From positions 1 through 24,928 of IMG/VR virus record IMGVR_UViG_3300025848_000176: a DNA stretch of 24,928 bases, one strand, 5' to 3'. This document shows, in pieces, positions 19,076 through 24,928 of this stretch. The notes under the pieces were generated by a model, which did not search any database, was not told the origin of the DNA, and saw only the letters and a list, made by a program, of their open reading frames with translations. The position numbers were made by a program, and so were the translations under genes. This stretch comes from a virus. Lineage: Duplodnaviria; Caudoviricetes. Position 1 is the first letter of the stretch. The number at the start of each line of letters is the position of its first letter.

Positions 19076-19681
19076 ATGGAAAACAAAACAATCTTTGAAA
19101 CGTTAAGTGCTATTAACGTGAACGAAAAAACCGAAAAAAAGAGCGGTTTAACTTATCTTAGCTGGTCTTGGGCGTGGTCTGAATTTCAAAAGGTATGTCC
19201 TGAAGCTACCTACTACATTGTTAAAGATACAAGGGGGTTACCCTACTTTGCTGATGAAAGTGGAGCAATGGTGTACACACGTGTTACTGTTGGTAATATT
19301 ATGCACGAAATGTGGTTACCTGTAATGGACGGTGCAAATAGAGCCATGAAATCCACACCTTACACTTACACCACTAAATTCGGCGAAAAAACAGTTGAGG
19401 CTTATACTATGTTTGATATTAACAAAACAATCATGAGATGCTTAACTAAGAATTTAGCAATGTTTGGTTTGGGGATTTATATCTATGCTGGTGAAGATAT
19501 TCCTGAGGGTTACGAAGCACCAGCACCGAAAAAGCCAACACTTGACAAATCAAGATTTAATAGTGCCTTAGATAGTATTAAAAAAGGCACTTACTCGATT
19601 GAAAAGTTAGAAGAAACTTTTGATCTAAGCGAAGCACAAAGAAAGGAATTAAATAAATTTATTAACGAAAAAGCGAAATAA
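19076..19681 (+). CDS. Single-strand annealing protein, Sak3/DUF1071-like
   Basis: EKK.GLTYLSWSWAW, MWLPVMD..N, FDINKTIMRCL.KN.AMFGLG.YIYAGED.P motifs. Confidence 0.88.
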   Translation: MENKTIFETLSAINVNEKTEKKSGLTYLSWSWAWSEFQKVCPEATYYIVKDTRGLPYFADESGAMVYTRVTVGNIMHEMWLPVMDGANRAMKSTPYTYTTKFGEKTVEAYTMFDINKTIMRCLTKNLAMFGLGIYIYAGEDIPEGYEAPAPKKPTLDKSRFNSALDSIKKGTYSIEKLEETFDLSEAQRKELNKFINEKAK

Positions 19682-19682
19682 G

Positions 19683-20303
19683 ATGAAAATTAGCAATTTA
19701 AAACAGCCTTATAGACGCATGGCGGAGTATTTGGCGGAGAGAAATACCAATCCTAGAAGAAACGATAAAACTTTTTTACTTAATGCTTTTGATTGGGAAG
19801 AAACTAATGATTTGTTTTGGGATGATGTTGATGAAGGCAACTACCCCGAAATAACAGAGGAAATAAAATCTCACTTCCCCCCTGACTTTGATTTTTCTAG
19901 TGAGGAAGAAAACTTAAACAAAAAATACACCCGACTAGCTAAAGAGGGTAAATTTGACCAGTTACCTGATACTTGTGAGTTTTCGGAAGCGGTGGAGTTG
20001 GAGGTGTGGGATGATGAATTGTCGAGAGATTTTCGTAAAATTATAGGTAAATTCAAAGGTAATTATATGGATATTCATTGTATTGGATGGAAAAACGCCC
20101 AACTACCCACCAAAAAAATAGATTTTACGCAATTCCAAACTGGCGATGTTGTGGAGGTAGTGAGTAAAGATGATAGCTTTTTTTTAGGTTATTTTTCAAT
20201 AGAAGCAGAGGAAAATATAGAAATATCTTACGCAAAAAATGAGCGAGTAGGTTTATATCCAATTTTAAAAAAACATATTAAATCAATAACTAAAATCAAA
20301 TAA
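19683..20303 (+). CDS. Hypothetical protein
   Basis: 206-aa ORF with 1-nt gaps to both neighbours. Confidence 0.7.
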   Translation: MKISNLKQPYRRMAEYLAERNTNPRRNDKTFLLNAFDWEETNDLFWDDVDEGNYPEITEEIKSHFPPDFDFSSEEENLNKKYTRLAKEGKFDQLPDTCEFSEAVELEVWDDELSRDFRKIIGKFKGNYMDIHCIGWKNAQLPTKKIDFTQFQTGDVVEVVSKDDSFFLGYFSIEAEENIEISYAKNERVGLYPILKKHIKSITKIK

Positions 20304-20304
20304 A

Positions 20305-20961
20305 ATGGAACTAAAAGTAAGATGTTCGGAACTTAGCAACTTAATGACTAAGGGCAGAAGCAAAGCCGAGCCACTAGGCGAAACCGCTAAATCATACATA
20401 CAAGAAAAAGCAAAATGCGACTTCTACGGTTTAAAACCTATTTTAGAAAATAAATACTTAAGTAAGGGTATAGCCAACGAGCAAATCGGGATTGACTTAG
20501 TTAACCAAGTTAGATTTATGGATTTCGTGAAAAATACCGATAGAATAGATTTAGGGTGGTTGACTGGCGAATGTGATATTAATGCAGATGACAGGATAAT
20601 CGATATAAAATGCAGCTGGTCATTTGATACATTCCCAGCGTATGAAGAAGAAGCACAAAAATCTGTTAAAAAAGCTGGTTACGATTGGCAAATGAGGGGT
20701 TACATGATGCTTTACAATAAAGAAGTTGCAGAAGTAATATATTGCCTTACTTCAACACCTGATCTTTTGTTGACATCTTGGGATGACTTAACCATGCATA
20801 AGGTGGACCACATAGAAGCCGAAAAACGAATTACAGCGGTTCGAATTGAAAGAGATTTGGAAATAGAAGAGGAAATAAAAAAACAGTATCAAATAGGGAA
20901 TGAATATTATAAAGAGTGTATTAATCAATTAACAACTAAAAACCAAAAATCATGGATTTAA
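20305..20961 (+). CDS. YqaJ/lambda-exonuclease-like PD-(D/E)xK nuclease
   Basis: RCS.L..LM, KG...E, LTGECD....IIDIKCSW and Y.WQ..GYM.L motifs. Lies next to the annealase and SSB. Confidence 0.82.
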   Translation: MELKVRCSELSNLMTKGRSKAEPLGETAKSYIQEKAKCDFYGLKPILENKYLSKGIANEQIGIDLVNQVRFMDFVKNTDRIDLGWLTGECDINADDRIIDIKCSWSFDTFPAYEEEAQKSVKKAGYDWQMRGYMMLYNKEVAEVIYCLTSTPDLLLTSWDDLTMHKVDHIEAEKRITAVRIERDLEIEEEIKKQYQIGNEYYKECINQLTTKNQKSWI

Positions 20962-21287
20962 AAGGAGAATTAATCAGAATTTACGACACAAAACAAGTAA
21001 GCGAAAAATTTGCTTTACGTGAATTCGTAATTGAAACGAAAGAACAATACCCTCAGAGTATTGTTTTGCAAGTATCACAAGATAAATGTAAAGTATTAGA
21101 CAATTACAAGCTGGGTGATTTGGTGCAAGTAAGTATAAATGTAAGAGGTCGTAAATGGATCGACAAAAACGGTCAAGATAGATTTTTCAATACTTTGGAA
21201 GTTTGGAAAATTACAAACGAAAGTTCTGCACCTGTAAGTGTACCAGCACCAGAGCCAACAATGGAAGACGATAAATTACCTTTTTAA
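20952..21287 (+). CDS. Single-stranded DNA-binding protein, DUF3127-like
   Basis: REFVIET.EQYPQ, V.VSIN.RGR.W, FNTLEVWKI and an acidic DDKLPF tail. Confidence 0.85.
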   Translation: MDLKGELIRIYDTKQVSEKFALREFVIETKEQYPQSIVLQVSQDKCKVLDNYKLGDLVQVSINVRGRKWIDKNGQDRFFNTLEVWKITNESSAPVSVPAPEPTMEDDKLPF

Positions 21288-21289
21288 TT

Positions 21290-21508
21290 ATGGAAAAGAT
21301 AAAACCAGAGCAATTAATTAACCTGACAAGGGATTGTAAGGAAATTATAAACGATTACATGGCTAAGCATGAGTTAAGCATACACGCGTTTACGAAGCTT
21401 TGCAAATTGAATAGTAACCAGCTTTATTTGTTTTTGAACGATAAACGAGGTTTGAATTTAACAACGATGCAACGTATCGCAGAAATAGTTAGCAAGGAGG
21501 GGGGTTAA
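21290..21508 (+). CDS. XRE/Cro-like HTH protein
   Basis: LSIHAFTKLCKLNSNQLYLFLN.KRGLNL.T..RIA pattern in a 72-aa protein. Confidence 0.7.
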   Translation: MEKIKPEQLINLTRDCKEIINDYMAKHELSIHAFTKLCKLNSNQLYLFLNDKRGLNLTTMQRIAEIVSKEGG

Positions 21509-21518
21509 CCCCTTTTTT
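21494..21518 (+). terminator. Rho-independent terminator
   Basis: AAGGAGGGGGG-TTAA-CCCCTTTTTT, overlapping the HTH stop codon. Confidence 0.65.
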
Positions 21519-21560
21519 GTTAATAAATCTTAATGAAAAATATTTTTATAAACATTGTAG

Positions 21561-21588
21561 TTTATTCAAAATTAATTTATATATTTGT
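21561..21588 (+). promoter_or_regulatory. Conserved 28-bp phage promoter, copy 3
   Basis: TTTATTCAAA-ATTAATTT-ATATATTTGT, with a TTG at 21555-21557. Confidence 0.75.
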
Positions 21589-21620
21589 GTATAGTTATTA
21601 ACAATTAAAATAAAAAGGTT

Positions 21621-21818
21621 ATGTTATACACAAAAGAATTTTACGAAATAATGGATGTTTTTGAAAAAAACGCAAATAAATTAGTATCATTTGGAGCAAT
21701 GGGATTAACTAGAGAAGCGTCAGAAAATTGGACTAATCAGCAATATTATTGCGACGGAAATGTTAACAATGCTTTTAAAATGTTTTTACATGGTGTATCG
21801 TTAGGAAAAATACTATAA
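21621..21818 (+). CDS. Hypothetical protein
   Basis: 65 aa (TKEFYE....FEK; YYCDG.VN.AFKMFL.G), first gene after promoter copy 3. Confidence 0.7.
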   Translation: MLYTKEFYEIMDVFEKNANKLVSFGAMGLTREASENWTNQQYYCDGNVNNAFKMFLHGVSLGKIL

Positions 21819-21829
21819 AAATAAATCTT

Positions 21830-21991
21830 ATGTCAAAAGAAACTAAATTTTTACAAGAATTAGATATTATAGATATCAATTGCAATGATTTAATAATAAA
21901 ACAAAAAAACGGTAGAGAGATAAGTTTATGCACATTACTGAAAACTTATCTTGAAGAAAACACATTGCAAAATGGTAAATCATGCGCCTAA
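21830..21991 (+). CDS. Unannotated 53-aa hypothetical protein
   Basis: My translation is MSKETKFLQELDIIDINCNDLIIKQKNGREISLCTLLKTYLEENTLQNGKSCA*. It fills the gap between neighbouring genes. Confidence 0.55.
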   Translation: MSKETKFLQELDIIDINCNDLIIKQKNGREISLCTLLKTYLEENTLQNGKSCA

Positions 21992-22191
21992 TCCTCCTAC
22001 TCCTACCAATGCAACTAATTACGCACCATTTACCAAGTGTAAGGGTGCAAAAGTTGGAATACTCGGAACACATAAGGCAGAAGCTAAATTCAATCCTAGA
22101 AATACCAGAGGGGAGAAATTACTGGGAGAAAGAATTTAAGACTGTTATTTACGAAAATAAACTTAAACAATACTTACAACATGGAAATTGA
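21982..22191 (+). CDS. Hypothetical protein with short hydrophobic N-terminus
   Basis: 69 aa (MRLILLLLPMQL), overlapping both neighbours by about 10 nt. Confidence 0.5.
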   Translation: MRLILLLLPMQLITHHLPSVRVQKLEYSEHIRQKLNSILEIPEGRNYWEKEFKTVIYENKLKQYLQHGN

Positions 22192-22552
22192 TTTAAAAAA
22201 AGTAAGAAAAGAAATTAGGAAGTTAAAAAAGTTAGTAACTACTGAAGAGCTAAACAAATTTAATGTTGACGCAATTGAAAATGGGGATTTGCGCGGTTTT
22301 TACACTCAATTAACTGGACACTTTTTTAGTGATCGAGCTCAAAAATTGATTAATGAAAGTGCCACTTTGTTTTACCAAGATAATGGTTTGGGGTTAACTC
22401 CTAGAAATAAAATTATTCCACCAAACTTTATGACTTATCCAAACTCAAGAAACTTTACACTATTGGAAGTTTACATGGCGTATAATCACGATAAAATAAA
22501 CCACATTTTAAAATTTTTAAAGTCGGAAATTAAACAATTAAATATAAAATGA
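22181..22552 (+). CDS. Hypothetical protein
   Basis: 123-aa ORF with an ATGA overlap to the next gene. Confidence 0.7.
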   Translation: MEIDLKKVRKEIRKLKKLVTTEELNKFNVDAIENGDLRGFYTQLTGHFFSDRAQKLINESATLFYQDNGLGLTPRNKIIPPNFMTYPNSRNFTLLEVYMAYNHDKINHILKFLKSEIKQLNIK

Positions 22553-22854
22553 AAGTAGAACTACACGATTACAACATAGGATCACAATCAGGAGATGCAA
22601 CGGTATTGGTTTATGATAATCCAACAGATTTAAATAGCGTTGTTTTCGACGGCACTGTAAATTTTGAATTTAGCGTGGACAAGTACGAAACAGGGGATGG
22701 ATATTTAACACCTATTGAAAATTGGATGGATGTTGAGATTACGGATATCGAATTTTTTGATACTGAAAACCGCAGAATTAAGCCGAAATACGAGATTAAG
22801 GAAGCAATAGAGTATAATTTAATTGAAGAAATAAAAGATAAGGAAAATGAGTAA
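22549..22854 (+). CDS. Hypothetical acidic protein
   Basis: 101-aa translationally coupled ORF. Confidence 0.7.
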   Translation: MKVELHDYNIGSQSGDATVLVYDNPTDLNSVVFDGTVNFEFSVDKYETGDGYLTPIENWMDVEITDIEFFDTENRRIKPKYEIKEAIEYNLIEEIKDKENE

Positions 22855-23197
22855 AGAAGAAAAAGACAATATCACACGTTTAAGCGCATTATGTGCTATA
22901 ACTAGCCTTTATATTAAAGGGTGTAAAAAAACGATACAGGAAGCAAATATACAAGTATTGAAGCAACAGTATAAGTACGACCAGTTAAGCATTCCAAACA
23001 AAAAAGTAATTGATAAGCGAATTCAGGATGCAATGAAAAATTTAAACCTTACAATGGATACAACTACGATAGTTTTAGGTAGGATTGAAAAAAGTATGCG
23101 AAATACGTTAACAGATGAAGTAACAGACGCTTTAATCGACAAACTCGATGCGGTGCTTGATAGTGTTGATTTGGAGGGGGTGTTGAAGAAGAAATAA
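22847..23197 (+). CDS. Hypothetical protein
   Basis: 116-aa translationally coupled ORF. Confidence 0.7.
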   Translation: MSKEEKDNITRLSALCAITSLYIKGCKKTIQEANIQVLKQQYKYDQLSIPNKKVIDKRIQDAMKNLNLTMDTTTIVLGRIEKSMRNTLTDEVTDALIDKLDAVLDSVDLEGVLKKK

Positions 23198-23393
23198 CGA
23201 AGTAAATTAAAAAGATTAGATATGATAAAGCTAAAAACAGAGGTTAATAAAAGTGCGATAATGAAACAATTACGCAAAGAAGCAACTGAAATGTACGATG
23301 CTGCATACGAAGGTGAATATGCAATTGAACAATTTCTATACGGAGCAGAAAGGCTTTTTAATTTATTGCGTTTACCACGTGTTAGCGGTAGTT
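23196..23393. repeat. attC-like site A (degenerate left end, large coding loop)
   Basis: AACGAAGTAAATTAAAAAG (23196-23214) matches the reverse complement of CTTTTTAATTTATTGCGTT (23354-23372) at 17/19 positions, followed by GTTAGCGGTAGTT (23381-23393). Confidence 0.5.
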
Positions 23394-23569
23394 TATCGAT
23401 TGAACAACTTGAAAAAGCTGATATGTGGTATTGTCTACATAAGAATCATGTAAATAAGTTGTACCACTTAGCGGAAAACTCTTTACCACCAACACTTAAT
23501 GAAGATAAAAACAACCCCTCACTTTGGAAAGCAGGACATTGGAAGTGGTACTTAGACAATTACCGCTAA
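23222..23569 (+). CDS. Hypothetical protein spanning the site A/cassette 1 junction
   Basis: 115 aa. Codon 54 is the GTT at 23381 (…LRLPR-VSGS…) and the stop TAA lies inside CGCTAAC. Confidence 0.7.
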   Translation: MIKLKTEVNKSAIMKQLRKEATEMYDAAYEGEYAIEQFLYGAERLFNLLRLPRVSGSLSIEQLEKADMWYCLHKNHVNKLYHLAENSLPPTLNEDKNNPSLWKAGHWKWYLDNYR

Positions 23570-23700
23570 CGTTGACAATAAGAATGTATGGGAATTAGAA
23601 GCAGTAACCTATCCACATACACCTAACTAAATTAAAGGTAAAACTGCACAGTTTGGTACTAACACCCATATATTTTTTATTGTGTGTTATAGCTAGTTAA
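23558..23700. repeat. attC-like site B
   Basis: AATTACCGCTAAC (23558-23570), arm CAATAAGAATGTATGGG (23576-23592) pairing imperfectly with CCCATATATTTTTTATTG (23665-23682), then GTTATAGC (23686-23693). Confidence 0.65.
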
Positions 23701-23710
23701 TTTTTATGTT

Positions 23711-23911
23711 ATGAAACTTTATACTGAAGAACAATTATTTGATATTTGTCAATCTGTATCAGAAAAAATGTGTGCTAATTCTTTACCACGAGAAAGTGTG
23801 ATTGATAAATGTATGTATTACGGACACTCTAAAATTGAAATAGATATTGATACAATACAGAAGTTAATGGAAGATGATGATGTTGATGTTATAAAGGTTG
23901 CTGTCGTTTAA
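23711..23911 (+). CDS. Hypothetical protein, cargo of cassette 2
   Basis: 66-aa ORF bracketed by GTTATAGCTAGTTAA (23686-23700) and TTAATTGGCTATAAC (23908-23922). Confidence 0.7.
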   Translation: MKLYTEEQLFDICQSVSEKMCANSLPRESVIDKCMYYGHSKIEIDIDTIQKLMEDDDVDVIKVAVV

Positions 23912-23914
23912 TTG

Positions 23915-23996
23915 GCTATAACGTATGGTGCTTTGCTTCAGTTGTGCCTATGCGGTGCGTATGTTCGGCACAATTGAGCAAAACACTTGTTATAGC
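23915..23996. repeat. attC-like site C
   Basis: GCTATAAC (23915-23922) and GTTATAGC (23989-23996) are perfectly complementary. Inner arms GTGCTTTGCTTCAGTTGTGCC (23928-23948) and GGCACAATTGAGCAAAACAC (23967-23986) pair with one extra base. Confidence 0.7.
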
Positions 23997-24022
23997 ACGT
24001 TGTTTAATTAAAAAAATATAAT

Positions 24023-24913
24023 ATGAGAATAGAAGAAAATGGTAAAATGATTACAGATTGGTTAAAAAAAAACGGTAATCCTGCAATTGAAAAACAAGTT
24101 GAAAGAGAATTAGAAAATATGTTTAAAAATAAAATATTTAATGAAAATTGTTTAGAAACAATGAATAGAATTCCTGATGATTTCATTGACTTGACAGTTA
24201 CTTCGCCACCATACGACAATTTAAGAACTTACAATGGGTATAGCTTTGACTTTGAAAGTATAGCAAAAGAACTTTATAGAGTAACAAAACAAGGTGGTGT
24301 AGTTGTTTGGATTGTTGGTGATTCAACTATTAAAGGAAGTGAAACAGGAACAAGTTTTAAACAAGCATTGTTTTTTATGGAATGTGGCTTTAATTTACAT
24401 GACACTATGATTTGGATAAAACCAGACCCAATACCATTGACACATAATAGATATGAACAATCTTTTGAATATATGTTTGTGTTAAGTAAAGGCAAACCTA
24501 AAACTTTTAATCCTATAAAAGTAAAAACAAAATATGGTGGTAAAGTAGAAAATATGAAAAATTGGAGTAGTAAAGATAAAAGCCAAGCAAAAAGAATTAG
24601 AGATGAAGATATAATTAGAAAAGAATTTAGAATAGATTATAATAATTGGAATATAAGTGTTAATGATGGTGTTAAAGTAAAACATCCTGCAAAATTCCCA
24701 GAAGGATTATGTGAAAGACATATATTATCTTGGTCTAATGAAAATGATTTAGTTTATGATTGCTTTATGGGAAGTGGTACAGTAGCAAAAATGAGTATTT
24801 TAAATAAACGTAATTGGATAGGTAGTGAAATATCTTTTGAATATTGCGAGATTATTAATGAACGAATAAAAAAAACGTTGGAAGAAAAAAGAAAAGAAAA
24901 AGATTTAACGTAG
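24023..24913 (+). CDS. DNA amino-methyltransferase (N4-C/N6-A), beta class
   Basis: Motif IV TSPPY precedes HPAKFP and motif I DCFMGSGT, followed by IGSEIS.EYC. This is the beta-group motif order. Confidence 0.92.
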   Translation: MRIEENGKMITDWLKKNGNPAIEKQVERELENMFKNKIFNENCLETMNRIPDDFIDLTVTSPPYDNLRTYNGYSFDFESIAKELYRVTKQGGVVVWIVGDSTIKGSETGTSFKQALFFMECGFNLHDTMIWIKPDPIPLTHNRYEQSFEYMFVLSKGKPKTFNPIKVKTKYGGKVENMKNWSSKDKSQAKRIRDEDIIRKEFRIDYNNWNISVNDGVKVKHPAKFPEGLCERHILSWSNENDLVYDCFMGSGTVAKMSILNKRNWIGSEISFEYCEIINERIKKTLEEKRKEKDLT

Positions 24914-24928
24914 AAAACTCTATTCGGA

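Noticed and set aside
21951-22139. 62-aa + strand ORF with a TTG start
   Set aside because: It overlaps two better-packed ATG ORFs (21830-21991 and 21982-22191) in another frame.
23609-23617. CTATCCACA, a DnaA-box-like 9-mer in the site B loop
   Set aside because: It is a single imperfect copy, compatible with chance.
23381-23996. CRISPR array or IS/MITE interpretation of the repeats
   Set aside because: There are no identical direct repeats with uniform spacers, no transposase and no target-site duplications. The hairpin arms differ in sequence between elements.
695-24685. All minus-strand ORFs in the track (e.g. 1667-2050, 8374-8676, 16774-17163, 24004-24219)
   Set aside because: They lie antisense to well-supported + strand genes and have the F/S/L/I-rich composition of shadow frames.

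Overview
AT-rich fragment of a tailed dsDNA phage or prophage, very probably infecting Bacteroidota/Flavobacteriia (TAnnTTTG promoters, A-rich leaders without Shine-Dalgarno, DUF3127-type SSB). All credible genes are on the + strand. Order: tail morphogenesis (tape measure, large tail proteins, fibre, LamG-like protein; 1-10.7 kb), membrane/lysis genes with a peptidase M15 endolysin (10.7-13.0 kb), a terminator, then early/replication genes (DnaA domain-IV-like HTH, DUF1376-like initiator with internal repeats, DnaB helicase, NinG, Sak3-like annealase, YqaJ-like exonuclease, SSB, XRE HTH) and small accessory ORFs. The most striking element is at 23.2-24.9 kb: a tandem array of gene cassettes separated by imperfect hairpins ending in GTT. 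Each complete cassette's first bases are complementary to its own last bases, as in integron cassettes, but the site geometry is non-canonical, reading frames start inside two of the hairpin loops and read through the GTT, and no integrase is in the window. Also notable are a promoter-proximal kissing-loop RNA in front of the replication operon and three copies of a 28-bp promoter motif. Protein family calls come from motif recognition by eye, not from database searches.
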